A stretch of 64,000 bases of DNA. Source: Planctomycetota bacterium (GTDB lineage Bacteria > Planctomycetota > B15-G4). The stretch is taken from the NCBI GenBank assembly GCA_965248575.1, contig CBDFJQ010000002.1:5120001-5184000 (forward strand). The letters run 5' to 3'. The notes beneath the pieces are model-generated. The model saw nothing but the letters and a program-made list of their open reading frames with translations, had not been told where the DNA came from and did no database searches. The translations under genes were made by a program, and so were the position numbers. Every line of letters starts with the position of its first letter. Positions within the stretch are counted from its first letter, which is position 1. Of this stretch, positions 9,257 through 19,694 are shown in pieces.

Positions 9257-9863
9257 CGGAACGCTGGGGCTACGGACACGGGGCGGGCTCAACCCCGGGG
9301 CGCAGGAAAGGCAGACCGTTCGGGTTAGGAAGGCTACTGCCGGAATTGGAGGCTGCGATGGAACGGGCACTTCACAGCGCGCGCAGCCGGTGCAACGAGG
9401 GGGGGGGCGACGCGCCCTGCAATTAACTAAGAGCTGGTCGTCTCCCCTAGCGGACAAGCATTTCCGAAAAAACCGCTTGGGGGCCCCGGGGCTGCCCGTG
9501 GCGGGCCCTCCTCAGCCAGATTTTTCCAGATTTCTTGTCCGCTTCAGCGTCGTTCGGTCTCTTTCCGAAACATGGTCTCTCAATGGACCGGCGCCACGTT
9601 CTCGACGAGGGGGTTGAGAACACCGAGCGATCGGCGGCGCCTTGGTCGGGGGAGATGGATGGCTTGAGGACGTCGACCGCCTGGGGTGCCGGAACCCTGG
9701 GCGGTCGCTTTTCTTGGTACGGACCCTCACAGCGCCAGGCACGCCGCACGGGCGGCCCTGGGCAGGGTGCTCCCCTCGCGCGGACCCCGAGCGCAGCCTG
9801 AAGAGATCCCCAGGGGCTCTGGGCCGGTGCTTGGGCACCCGGGCCGAACCGAGGCCGTCGAAC

Positions 9864-12533
9864 CTAGGCCAGGGCCTTGGAGGCGATCTCGATCACGTTG
9901 TTGGAGAGGCCGTCCACTGCCAGGATGCGCTTGAGTTGAGCCTCCTGGAGCCCCTGGCGGGCGGCATCATGGCGCCGCCAGCCATTGAAGAGCGCCGCCA
10001 GGCGCCCGGCGAGAACCGGATTGCGATTGTCGACAGCCAGGACCACGTCCGCCAACAGCTCGTAGCCTCGCCCGTCCAGATCGTGAAAACGGAGCGGATT
10101 GCGGCCGAAGGTCCGATACAGGGCGCGCAGCTTGTTGGGGTTCGTGGCGTCGAAGCAGCTGTCCTGCGCCAACCTCTGGATGTCATCGACCACCTGCGGC
10201 CGGGATGACTTGGCCTGGGCTGCGAACCACTTGTTCATCACCAGGGGGTCGTGCTGCCAGCGGTCCCGGAAGCGGGCGACGGCCTGGTTGCGGGTCTCGT
10301 CGGTGCGGTGGGCCAGGAGTTGCAGAGCTGCCAGCTCGTCGGTCATGTGGGTGGCGGACTCGCCGTGCGTCACGCAGAGGTCGGTCAGCTCCGGCTCGTC
10401 GAGCAAGGCGAGGTACCCGAGACATTCGTTGCGAAGCGCCCTGGCTCCCGCGCTTTCGACACTCCACGCATCGAGCGCCGTGCTGGCGAGTTCGTGATAG
10501 GTCGCGAGGAAGTCGTCGCGGAATGCTGCCGCGATGGCTGTGCAAAGCGTGGTGTGGGCCACATGGATGGCTTCCACGTCTACGCACTCGCTCAGGTCAC
10601 CCAGGACGGACTCGTCTGGAAGGCGCATGGCCTCGGCGCGGAATGCCGTGTCCAAGCTCTTGTCGCTGAGCAGGCTTCCAAAGACATCGAGGGCCTCGGC
10701 AGGGAGGGTGAGCGGGCGACCGGCGCGCTGCTCCTCGACAAGCTCCAAGGCCAGATCGGCCGCGAGGCGCTGCACCGCTTCCCAGCGGTTGAAGAGGTCG
10801 CTGTCGTGACGGGCCTGGAATCCCAGCGCCTCGCGGCTGGACTCCATGCGCAGCCGCACGGGAGCGCTGAAGCCGCGCAGCAAGGATGGCACGGGTTCGG
10901 CTTCGAGGCCCACGAAACGGAACACCTCTCGTTGCCTGCGCAGTGAGAGCACGCGCGTGGTGGGCTCTTCGCCCTGCTCGCCGTCGGACTCCAGCTTCAG
11001 CGGGAGATCCGCTCCGTCCGGGCCCAGCAGCCCCATGGCGACGGGGATGTGGAAGGGCTCCTTGGTGGGCTGCCCAGGGCTGGGGGGACAGCTTTGTTCA
11101 AACGTGAGCTCGTACACGCCCAGCGCGGCTTCCCAGCGGCCCGTCACCTCGAGGGTGGGGGTGCCGGCTTGCTCATACCAGCGGCGGAACTGGGTCAGGT
11201 CGAGACCTCCCACCTCCTCCATGCACAACACGAACTCCTCCGTCGTGACGGCTTGCCCGTCGTGCCGCTCGAAGTACAGGTCGGTGCCCTTGCGGAAACG
11301 CTCGGCGCCCAGCAGCGCGGCGAACATGCGGATCAGCTCCGCGCCCTTCTCGTAGATCGTCGTGGTGTAGAAGTTGTCGATGCTGATGAAGGCCCGTGGC
11401 CGTACCGGGTGCGCGAGGGGGCCTGCATCCTCGGGAAACTGCATCGCCCGCAACTGGCGCACATCCGCGATGCGCTGAACGGCCCGATGACCCACATCCG
11501 CTGAGAACTCCTGGTCCCGGAAAACAGTCAGGCCTTCCTTGAGGCTCAGCTGGAACCAGTCGCGGCAGGTGACGCGATTGCCCGACCAGTTGTGGAAGTA
11601 CTCATGGCCGATGACGCTTTCGATGCGTTGGTAGTCCTCGTCCGTGGCCGTGTCCGGGCGGGCCAGGACCAGCTGATCATTGAAGAGGTTGAGGCCCTTG
11701 TTCTCCATGGCACCCATGTTGAAGTTGGACACCGCCACGATCATGAAGATGTCGAGGTCGTACTCCCGGCCGAAGGCCTGCTCGTCCCAGCGCATGGATC
11801 GCTTCAGCGACTCCATGGCGTGCTCCGTCTTGTCCTCATTGCCTTTGTCGACGAACAACTTCAGGGCAACCTCACGTCCGCCGCAGGTGGTGAAGTTGCT
11901 CTCGAGGCAGGCGAGATCTCCTGCCACGAGGGCGAAGAGGTAGCAGGGCTTGGGGAAGGGGTCGTGCCAGGTTGCGAAGTGCCGGCCATCCTGGGCATCG
12001 CCTGAATCCAGCAGGTTCCCGTTCGCCAGGAGTGTCGGATAGGCGAGCTTGTCGGCGACCAGCGTGGCGATGTACTCGGACATGACGTCCGGACGGTCCT
12101 GGAAGTAGGTCACACGCCGGAAACCCTGGGCTTCCATCTGGGTGCAGAACACACCGCCAGAGCGATAGAGCCCTTCCAGAGTGGTGTTGTTCTGCGGTTG
12201 CAGGATCGTGACCACCTGCAGCACGAACTGGTCCAGCTCTGCGGGGAGCTCGATCGTCAGGGCATGATCGGTTCGTTCATACTCGGAAGGCTCCAGCTCG
12301 GCTCCATCCAGGATGACCGTTTCGAGCGACAGCTGGGTGCCGTCGAGGACCAACGAGTTCGCCGACTCGCCAGCGTCTGCAGCCCGGGAGTAGGTGGTGG
12401 TTGCCGTGACCCTGGTCTCGTCCTCTCCCAGCTCGAACAGCAATTCGGTCTGAGGTGCCAGCCAAGCGGGCGGGCAGTAGTCTTCGAGACGCGTGGTGAG
12501 TGGTTCGCGCGCTGTGGTGGCCGACGGCAACAT
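9864..12533 (-). CDS. pepN: Aminopeptidase N (M1)
   Basis: GAMENKGLN, HEYFHNWSGNRVTCRDWFQLSLKEG, DNFYT..YEKGAE, NPNKLRAL. Start trimmed to ATG 12533. Confidence 0.96.
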   Translation of the reverse strand: MLPSATTAREPLTTRLEDYCPPAWLAPQTELLFELGEDETRVTATTTYSRAADAGESANSLVLDGTQLSLETVILDGAELEPSEYERTDHALTIELPAELDQFVLQVVTILQPQNNTTLEGLYRSGGVFCTQMEAQGFRRVTYFQDRPDVMSEYIATLVADKLAYPTLLANGNLLDSGDAQDGRHFATWHDPFPKPCYLFALVAGDLACLESNFTTCGGREVALKLFVDKGNEDKTEHAMESLKRSMRWDEQAFGREYDLDIFMIVAVSNFNMGAMENKGLNLFNDQLVLARPDTATDEDYQRIESVIGHEYFHNWSGNRVTCRDWFQLSLKEGLTVFRDQEFSADVGHRAVQRIADVRQLRAMQFPEDAGPLAHPVRPRAFISIDNFYTTTIYEKGAELIRMFAALLGAERFRKGTDLYFERHDGQAVTTEEFVLCMEEVGGLDLTQFRRWYEQAGTPTLEVTGRWEAALGVYELTFEQSCPPSPGQPTKEPFHIPVAMGLLGPDGADLPLKLESDGEQGEEPTTRVLSLRRQREVFRFVGLEAEPVPSLLRGFSAPVRLRMESSREALGFQARHDSDLFNRWEAVQRLAADLALELVEEQRAGRPLTLPAEALDVFGSLLSDKSLDTAFRAEAMRLPDESVLGDLSECVDVEAIHVAHTTLCTAIAAAFRDDFLATYHELASTALDAWSVESAGARALRNECLGYLALLDEPELTDLCVTHGESATHMTDELAALQLLAHRTDETRNQAVARFRDRWQHDPLVMNKWFAAQAKSSRPQVVDDIQRLAQDSCFDATNPNKLRALYRTFGRNPLRFHDLDGRGYELLADVVLAVDNRNPVLAGRLAALFNGWRRHDAARQGLQEAQLKRILAVDGLSNNVIEIASKALA

Positions 12534-12627
12534 GGGTGGACTCCCTGGGGGTCGCCACACCCTAAGGTTGCGCCGTGCTTTGGGACAGCCGCGAGCTACG
12601 GATGAGCCCCCGTGGCGAGCGCCCGGC

Positions 12628-14391
12628 TCACGAGTCGTCGACGGGGCGATCCGGGGCGTGGCGGGGAGGGTCGCGCGGTGGGGCCAGCAGAGGTCGGATC
12701 TGGGCCAGCATTCCGTCCTGAAGTGTCCGCGAGACGTAGCCCCGCAAGCCAGCCCACTCCCGCAGAGGGTCTTCGCCCTGAGGCTCTGCTCCGCTGAGAA
12801 CCGCGGACGGTGGCTCAGCTGCCTCGTCCAGGTAGGCGTCGAGTTCTTCGGGGCCGACCAGGCCTTGTGCGTGCCGCTCCTCGGGCGGCACGAAGCGTGC
12901 GCTGCGCCAGGCGAAGGGCCCACTGGCGAAGGCGGGGTCAGCTCGCAGACCCGCCTCGAGAGCGGGGATGGGCGAGAGGGTGAGCACCAGCGGGCTCTCG
13001 CGCTCCGAAAGCCGAGCGGAGGCGGTCAGCGTCTCGATGTGCTCTCTCAGCTCGTGGCCCAGGGTGGCGGCGCGCTCGGGTGCCCAGCTGCTCGTGTCGG
13101 CAAGGTTCGAGAGGGTGCGGTAGTCCGGCAGGCTGTGCAGCACCGACGCGCCCAGGCAGCTCGCGAACAGGGCGCAAGCCACCCACGCTGGGCGGGGGCG
13201 CCCGGCTTGGAACAAGCCGAGCATGCCGAGCGAGGCCGCGAGCAAGAGGAAGGGCACGAGGGCGTAGAAATACTGATACCAACTCGGTGTCGGTGCGAGG
13301 GCTCCTACGAACAGGAAGGGCAGGCACAGCGCGACGAGTTGGAGTCGTCCGTGGCCGGGGCCGCTGCGGTTCCGCAGCCCGCTCCAGCCCACCATCAGCA
13401 GCAGCCCTAGCAGCAGGAGGTGACTGGGGAGGGCCACGACCTCCGTCATCAGGTACTGAAACTTGCCGGGGAAGTTCATGGCGCGCTCGAAGCCCTGATC
13501 CACGCGGTAGGCGGTGTTGAGCGCCGGGTACTGGAAGTTGCCGAAGAGCGCCCGTGCCGGGGCGAGCAGAGCCACGCCCAAGGCGGGGAGCAGTGCCGCC
13601 AGTCCTCCTGCACAAAAACGCAGCACTCGTTGAGCGGGCCGCTGGGTGAGCGCGCCCCCCTCGGCTCGCCATCGGTACAGCGCGATGAGCATCGGGGCCG
13701 CGAGGGGCGCCATGGAGAGACGGACCCCGACCGCCAGCCCCAGCGCCAGGCCGCACGCCCAGGGCGCCGGTTGCCGTTCGCTCCGAGCGGGGGGCATGGC
13801 GCACAGAAACGCCACCCACGCCAGGATCAGCGCGAGGTCATGGTTCCACGCCAACCCGCTGGTGTAGGTGAAGAGCGGATTGAACAGCAGCATCAGGGCG
13901 GCGCCGCTTGCCAAGAGGTGGGTGCCCCAGGGCTTGAGAGTCTCGCAGGCAGCTCGTCGAACGGCACCATGAAGGAGCAGCACGAGGCCCCACGCGCAGG
14001 CGGCGGACATAAGCCTGGCCGTGAGGAAGGGGCGAGAGAACAACTGATCCAAGCATCCGTACAGGAACACCAGGTACGGCATGTGGAAGTGGGGGAAATC
14101 ACGGTAGGGCATCAGCCCACCCCGTGACCAAGCGGTGGCACTCGCTATGAACTGGTGCTCATCGTGGTCCAGCCCGCGGTCCATGCTGCGGCTGAAGATG
14201 AACACCAGGCAGCCTGCGAGGACGCCGAACGAGAGCGCAGGGGCCAGGCGTTGCAGGCCCGGCGGTGGGTCCCGCTGGGGCGTCACGTGCTCGGTCTCAT
14301 GGGGCAGGTCTTGGCGGAGGATGCGCTGGCGCCACCCCCGCAGTGTCCATGCGGGTGGGAACATGGTGCCTCCCACGCGGGCCGCTCTCAA
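12628..14391 (-). CDS. Polytopic GT-C fold glycosyltransferase (ArnT/PMT-like)
   Basis: LDHDEHQF and PYRDFPHFHMP after the first TM helix, about 12 hydrophobic segments, WYQYFY late motif. The true start may be 14364 or 14286. Confidence 0.7.
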   Translation of the reverse strand: MRAARVGGTMFPPAWTLRGWRQRILRQDLPHETEHVTPQRDPPPGLQRLAPALSFGVLAGCLVFIFSRSMDRGLDHDEHQFIASATAWSRGGLMPYRDFPHFHMPYLVFLYGCLDQLFSRPFLTARLMSAACAWGLVLLLHGAVRRAACETLKPWGTHLLASGAALMLLFNPLFTYTSGLAWNHDLALILAWVAFLCAMPPARSERQPAPWACGLALGLAVGVRLSMAPLAAPMLIALYRWRAEGGALTQRPAQRVLRFCAGGLAALLPALGVALLAPARALFGNFQYPALNTAYRVDQGFERAMNFPGKFQYLMTEVVALPSHLLLLGLLLMVGWSGLRNRSGPGHGRLQLVALCLPFLFVGALAPTPSWYQYFYALVPFLLLAASLGMLGLFQAGRPRPAWVACALFASCLGASVLHSLPDYRTLSNLADTSSWAPERAATLGHELREHIETLTASARLSERESPLVLTLSPIPALEAGLRADPAFASGPFAWRSARFVPPEERHAQGLVGPEELDAYLDEAAEPPSAVLSGAEPQGEDPLREWAGLRGYVSRTLQDGMLAQIRPLLAPPRDPPRHAPDRPVDDS

Positions 14392-14445
14392 GCGATGAGA
14401 TGCGCGGGGTCGACGCCTCGGAAGCGAGCCCCTTCTGGGCTGCCC

Positions 14446-15861
14446 CTAGAACGTCTGGGTCAGCTGGAGGTAAACGAGATCGGCGTTCTTGCTGCCCCCG
14501 AGATCCTGGATGCGTTGGCCCGAATCGAAGTGCGAATAACCCAAGAGCAGCTGGGAGTGGGGGCTGAGGAAATCGGGCCGCACGCTGAGGGTGAGGTCAA
14601 TTTCGTCACCCACCTCGCGGCTGGCCTTGCCGGTCGGGTCGTAAAAGCTCCGGCGTGCGCCAGCGTTGTAGAGGCCGTCTTTGCGTTGCGCGAGCCGGAA
14701 CATGTGCCATGCCACCCGCAGGCGTGAGGTTTCGCCGACCTTGACGGATGCATGGGGGGAGACATCGATGATGTTCTGCCGTCCCACCAGGTCGAGGTAG
14801 CCCAAGTAGGCGTGCCCAAGCGGGTAGAGCTGATGGAAGGTCTCACGCTCTCCGTCGGTGGGGTTGCTGTCTCCGCTGGCGTAGTCGACTCCGATGCCGA
14901 TCTTTGGTGCGCCCTTGGTGTCGGGAAAGCTGTGGCCCAGCACAATGGACCAGGCATGGGCGTCGATGCCATCACCTGCTCGGCGCCCGGTCTGGAAGGC
15001 CGTCCAAAGCTCGTAGTCGGTGTGGCCGAGCGCTCCGTGCAGTCGCGCACCGAATGTGTTCACTTGCAGATCGTCGCTGGATCCGTTCTCGGCTGTGTAG
15101 GCCTTGCGATCGTCGCGCAGTTGCAGCAAGAACACGTCCAAGGTGTCACTCTCGCCTACGTCTTGGCTGTGGTAGATGCCCGCAAAGTGTTGCTTCGAGT
15201 TGCCGGTGTCCTCCGCGCGTGGGTCCACTGTCGTGGGGCGCGTCAGGAACACGTCGCTGCGGTGCCCCTCGCCACGGAGTCGCGCCAGACCACCCTGGAA
15301 ACGGCGCCTGGTGTTGCCCCAGTCGAGAGGCGATACGAGCCGTTGGGCACCGTACTGCAGCTCCATGCGGCCCACACGCCCCAACGCGCCCTCCTGCCCG
15401 TACTCGACGAAGGCGTTGTGAAGGTCGAGGTTGTTCCGGTCGATAGCGGCCGGCGCGCGCTCGTTGCCGTGCACGCGCGCGTCCAGGCCCTCGGCGAAGA
15501 GGCGCCAGCCGTTCTCGTTGCGCAGATCCGCATGAAGCCGTGTGCGGGTCAGCACGTAGTCGTTCCTGCGCGGACCCGGGCCATCAAAGGCCTTGTCTTT
15601 CTCGTTGGACGCACGGACGCGGAGCTGGCCCCCGAAAGAGAGCGCCCAACCGTCGGGGAGCGCCAGCCACTTGGCCGCAGGCAGGAGGTGGTCGGTGGTG
15701 CTGCTTGCACGGCCCAACGCACTCCAGTCCTCCTCGAACCGTAGGTTCGAGAATCGGACCGGAACATGGGTGGGTTGCGTCTCCTGGACGGCAAGCAGCT
15801 GCGCCCGGGCTTCGGTGCACAGGATGAGTGCCAGGGCGAGCAGGTGATGGCAGGCTTTCAT
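14446..15861 (-). CDS. Alginate-export (AlgE-like) family outer-membrane beta-barrel
   Basis: Signal peptide; LRFEEDWS, VGRMELQYGAQRLVSPLDWGN, DYASGD..TFHQLYPLGHAYLG; ends YLQLTQTF. Confidence 0.85.
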   Translation of the reverse strand: MKACHHLLALALILCTEARAQLLAVQETQPTHVPVRFSNLRFEEDWSALGRASSTTDHLLPAAKWLALPDGWALSFGGQLRVRASNEKDKAFDGPGPRRNDYVLTRTRLHADLRNENGWRLFAEGLDARVHGNERAPAAIDRNNLDLHNAFVEYGQEGALGRVGRMELQYGAQRLVSPLDWGNTRRRFQGGLARLRGEGHRSDVFLTRPTTVDPRAEDTGNSKQHFAGIYHSQDVGESDTLDVFLLQLRDDRKAYTAENGSSDDLQVNTFGARLHGALGHTDYELWTAFQTGRRAGDGIDAHAWSIVLGHSFPDTKGAPKIGIGVDYASGDSNPTDGERETFHQLYPLGHAYLGYLDLVGRQNIIDVSPHASVKVGETSRLRVAWHMFRLAQRKDGLYNAGARRSFYDPTGKASREVGDEIDLTLSVRPDFLSPHSQLLLGYSHFDSGQRIQDLGGSKNADLVYLQLTQTF

Positions 15862-16080
15862 GCGTGTTGGGCGCAGCGTCTTGCGAGCGGCTTCTGGTGG
15901 CATCGGATGGGGCGGGCGCGCTCGTCCTCTGTACCTCAGATTCGGCCACATTCGTGCTCTGCCTGTGCTGACTTTTTACTCAGCTTGCTAGAGGCCTTGG
16001 TGGGCTGCCTGATAGATTCACGAGCTTGCGAGTGAACCCACAAGACCCAACGAGCGATGCGAACCATGTCTGACGTCCCG

Positions 16081-17127
16081 ATGCGGAATCTCAAGTGGTT
16101 GAGCCTGTGCGTGCTTGCCCTGGGTGTGGTCTTTGCGTGTGCAGCTTCCAACGGACCCTTCGAGCTGAAGCTGCTGAACCTGCCTGCGGATCCGGGCGGC
16201 GAGGACGGCTATGCACCGCTGGACGGTTACGCCGCCATGGAGATTCCGGCGGACAACCCCCTCACGGCAGCGGGCGCCACCCTGGGTCAACAGCTCTACT
16301 ATGACGCACGTTTGAGCGGCGACGGCTCGCGCTCCTGCTACAGCTGCCACGTATGCGAGAAGGGGCTCACCGACGGGCTGCCCACCGCCATCGGCGCCTT
16401 CGAGAAGAAACTCTCCCGTGCGTCACCGACGCTCTGGAACATCGGCTTCCACTCGGAGTTCTACTGGGACGGCCGGGCCAAGTCCCTGGAAGCCCAGGCT
16501 GCAGCAGCGTGGAAGGGCGGCAACATGGGGGCGTCCGATCCCGAGGCCATCGTGGCGGCGCTGAACGAGATCGAGGCCTACCGCGCGCAGTTCGAAGCGG
16601 TCTACGAAGGGCCGGCGACGGTCGAGAACGTGCCCCAGGCCCTGGCGTCCTACATGCGCACCATCGTGGGGGGCAAGACGGCCTTCGATCGCTGGCAGGC
16701 CGGGGACGAGGCGGCGGTCAGCGCGGCCGCGAAGCGGGGCGCCGAGGTCTTCAAGAGTGCACGCTGCACGCTTTGCCACGTAGGTCAGTTGCTCACGGAC
16801 CAGCAGTTCCACAACGTGGGCATCGGCATGGCCGACGAGACGCCCGACGTGGGCCGCTTCAAGGTCACGGGGCTCGACAAGCACAGGGGCGCCTTCAAGA
16901 CGCCCACCTTGCGTGACATCTCCCAGTCGGCGCCCTACTTCCACAACGGGTCGGTGGCCACGCTCGAAGAGGCCGTGCGCTTGATGTTGAGCGGTGGGCA
17001 TGCCAACCCGTACCTGGACCCCTTCCTGCGCCCGGCCGAGGCGTCGGATCGGGATGTGGCGGACCTGCTCGCGTTCCTCGAGACTCTCGATGAGGAGTGC
17101 GACCCCACCCAACCGACGCTGCCTTAG
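16081..17127 (+). CDS. Diheme cytochrome c peroxidase (bCCP/MauG superfamily)
   Basis: CYSCH and CTLCH heme motifs, FYWDGRA, FKTPTLRD, PYFHNGS. Possible lipoprotein signal (VVFAC). Start could be 16057, 16066 or 16081. Confidence 0.92.
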   Translation: MRNLKWLSLCVLALGVVFACAASNGPFELKLLNLPADPGGEDGYAPLDGYAAMEIPADNPLTAAGATLGQQLYYDARLSGDGSRSCYSCHVCEKGLTDGLPTAIGAFEKKLSRASPTLWNIGFHSEFYWDGRAKSLEAQAAAAWKGGNMGASDPEAIVAALNEIEAYRAQFEAVYEGPATVENVPQALASYMRTIVGGKTAFDRWQAGDEAAVSAAAKRGAEVFKSARCTLCHVGQLLTDQQFHNVGIGMADETPDVGRFKVTGLDKHRGAFKTPTLRDISQSAPYFHNGSVATLEEAVRLMLSGGHANPYLDPFLRPAEASDRDVADLLAFLETLDEECDPTQPTLP

Positions 17128-17145
17128 AGTTGCGCGGCAGGACCG

Positions 17146-17179
17146 GAACCCAGAACCCAGAACCCGAGGCCCGAGGCCC
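17146..17179. repeat. Short tandem heptamer-like repeats (GAACCCA)2 GAACCC (GAGGCCC)2 between convergent genes
   Basis: Read directly from the sequence. Confidence 0.7.
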
Positions 17180-17206
17180 GTTCAGGCTTCGCACAGCGGC
17201 GCAGAA

Positions 17207-17929
17207 TCACTCGTTCAGCAGGGCCAGGATCGCGCTGCGCAGGGCCTCGTAGTCGGCGTCGCAGGCGCTGTGATCCGGGTCGTCTGAGGGATGGAACTCC
17301 GGACCAGGGTGGACGAAGCGCACCACGCCCGAGGCGTCCAACAGGAAGGACACGCTCGTGGCGCGTTGCGACCCTCCGTCGATCCACATGGCCTTGAGCG
17401 ACTTCCAGTGATCGTCTACGGCGAGCGGGCCGGCGTAGCCGAGTCGCTGCGCCGCACTCAACACGTGCTCGTCGCTCACAGCTCGCGGTGGTTTGGGGTG
17501 GTACACGCCCAAGGTGCTCAGTCCCCTCGCAGCGAACTCCTGGCGCAGGGATTCCAGCGCCGGTAGCGAGGCCGCGCAGAACGGGCAGGTGTCGGTCCAG
17601 AAGCGCACCAGCGTGGCCTTGATGGCGGGCCGGGGGAGCACGCCCTGATCGTCGTCGGCTTGCTCAGCGGCTGTCCCCGACGCTGGGAGCCTGCGGCTCG
17701 GCAGGCGATCGCCCAAGGCCTGACCGAGGACCTCCGGCAGAGGCGCGGGCTCGATACCAAGCTTGCGGACCTGTTTCTGAGGCGCGCTCGTCTCGGAGGT
17801 CATGGCCTGAGGCGGAGCGGGGGGGCCGGGGGCTGCGGCTCCGTCCTGGTCAGCTGCCGAGCCGCAAGCCAGGCTCCATGCTGCGGCCAACAGTCCGACG
17901 AGCAGGCGTTGAGACAGGCAAGAGGTCAT
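17207..17929 (-). CDS. TlpA-like thioredoxin-fold lipoprotein
   Basis: Lipobox SLAC; VRFWTDTCPFC; SFLLDASGVVRFVHPG. Confidence 0.82.
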   Translation of the reverse strand: MTSCLSQRLLVGLLAAAWSLACGSAADQDGAAAPGPPAPPQAMTSETSAPQKQVRKLGIEPAPLPEVLGQALGDRLPSRRLPASGTAAEQADDDQGVLPRPAIKATLVRFWTDTCPFCAASLPALESLRQEFAARGLSTLGVYHPKPPRAVSDEHVLSAAQRLGYAGPLAVDDHWKSLKAMWIDGGSQRATSVSFLLDASGVVRFVHPGPEFHPSDDPDHSACDADYEALRSAILALLNE

Positions 17930-18048
17930 GCAGGCTTCCGTCGAGGGCACGAGAGCGAGGAGTATGCGCCAGCCCCGCAAGCGGCGTACAGGGCCGGGCG
18001 AGGGTTGGACGATAGGCCCTTCCTGCCCGGCCTTCCCCTCTCTGGACC

Positions 18049-19668
18049 TTGTTGATGTCGACAGCGCTGCGTTGGGTCCTGGGAGTGTGTTGCTCGCTCC
18101 TTTCCGTCTGGGCGGGTGCTCCGACCGACGATGACGTGCTGGGTCTCGACGTCTTCCCCGACGTCGCCGTGCATCCCATCACGCCCCTGGCCTACGGTGT
18201 CAACGAAGGCGGCATCGACGCCTGCCCGCTGCGTCGCCATGGTGGCAACCGCTTCACGGGCTTCAACTGGGAGACCAGCGCTTCCAACGCAGGCTCCGAT
18301 TGGCATCACCAGAGCGACCACTATCTGGCCTCGGAGCAACCCCTGCGCGGTCCAGGGCTGCTCCTGGCACAGCGCGTCGCAGCGGATCGGGCGCGAGGTG
18401 CCCGCTCCCTCGTCACCGTGCAGTTGGCCGGTTACGTGTCGGCCGACGCGGCGGGGCCCGTCACGGAGGCTGAGCGAGCACCGGGCATACGTTGGCAGCG
18501 CGTGGTCCTGGAGGCATCTGAACCCCGTCCCGGTGGCCCCGACCTCGCGGACGGTGTGGTCTACCTGGATGAGCAGGTCCGTGATCTAGTGGCGCGTTTC
18601 GGGCTGGCGGAGGACGGCGGGGTGTTGGCCTATGCCTTGGACAACGAGCCGGCCCTGTGGCCCATCACCCACCCGCGCCTGCATGCCGACGCGCCGACGT
18701 ACGCAGAACTCGTGGAGAAGGGTGTGGCGGCAGCCCGCCTGATCACGGCCACGGATCCTGGCGCGCAGGTCTTTGGTCCGGTGCTCTACGGGTGGGCCGC
18801 CTTCCACGATCTTCAGGGGGCCTCGGACGCCAAGCGGCACAGCCATCGGCACCCGACGTTCATTGACCATTATCTTGCGCGGATGCGCGAGGCTTCGGAC
18901 GAGGCCGGGCGGCGGCTGCTGCATCGGCTCGATTTGCATTGGTACCCCGAGGCCATGGGGGACGAGCGCATCGTCGGTGGCGACATCTCGCCCGGCACCA
19001 GCAGAGCCCGGGTGCAGGCGCCGCGCTCATTGTGGGATGCGAGTTACCGCGAGCGCAGCTGGATCTCAGATGTCCTGGGCGAACCCATCGCCCTGCTGCC
19101 ACGCCTCAAGCGCAGCATCGATGCGCACTACCCAGGCACGGGGATTGCCGTGACCGAGTACAACTTCGGCGCGGCGCAGCACATCTCGGGCGGCCTGGCT
19201 CAAGCAGATGCCTTGGGTCTCTTCGGCCGCTTCGGCGTGGCCGCCTGTTGGTGGGATCTGGGGGGCGGGACGGAGTACGTCCAAGCCGCCTTCAAGCTGT
19301 TCCTCGACTACGATGGCTTGGGAGGGCGCTTCGGCGACCTCTCTGTGCACTCCCTTTCGGAAGACGTCGAGGCTGTTTCGCTGCATGCCGCCAGCTTTGG
19401 CATGGCTGAGGGCGCTGCGGAGAAACAGGTGTTGACGGTGCTTGCCCTGCACAAGGACTTCGAACGCAGTCGACGGGTCCATGTCCGCTTGCATCTCGGC
19501 GGGCGTGCAGCGCGCGTGGTCTCGTCCTGGCGCTTTGATGGGCAGTCCGCTGAGTTGAGGTCCGTTGACCCAGCGGTCGAGTCCAGCTCGGAGGGCTTCA
19601 CGGCCATCCTGTCTCCGGCGTCGGCCACCCTGTTCGTGGTGGAGGTCGAGGCGCTGTCCAAGCCCTAG
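18049..19668 (+). CDS. Glycoside hydrolase family 44 (endoglucanase/xyloglucanase)
   Basis: GGNRFTGFNWETSASNAGSDW, LDNEPALW, LDLHWYPE, RSLWD, VTEYNFG; signal peptide. Confidence 0.9.
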   Translation: MLMSTALRWVLGVCCSLLSVWAGAPTDDDVLGLDVFPDVAVHPITPLAYGVNEGGIDACPLRRHGGNRFTGFNWETSASNAGSDWHHQSDHYLASEQPLRGPGLLLAQRVAADRARGARSLVTVQLAGYVSADAAGPVTEAERAPGIRWQRVVLEASEPRPGGPDLADGVVYLDEQVRDLVARFGLAEDGGVLAYALDNEPALWPITHPRLHADAPTYAELVEKGVAAARLITATDPGAQVFGPVLYGWAAFHDLQGASDAKRHSHRHPTFIDHYLARMREASDEAGRRLLHRLDLHWYPEAMGDERIVGGDISPGTSRARVQAPRSLWDASYRERSWISDVLGEPIALLPRLKRSIDAHYPGTGIAVTEYNFGAAQHISGGLAQADALGLFGRFGVAACWWDLGGGTEYVQAAFKLFLDYDGLGGRFGDLSVHSLSEDVEAVSLHAASFGMAEGAAEKQVLTVLALHKDFERSRRVHVRLHLGGRAARVVSSWRFDGQSAELRSVDPAVESSSEGFTAILSPASATLFVVEVEALSKP

Positions 19669-19694
19669 CTGCTGCGCGCGCCCGCGCTGGGGCG

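Noticed and set aside
17146..17179. Tandem repeat as a CRISPR or contingency locus
   Set aside because: Only 34 bp, no spacers or cas genes, and located between convergent 3' ends.
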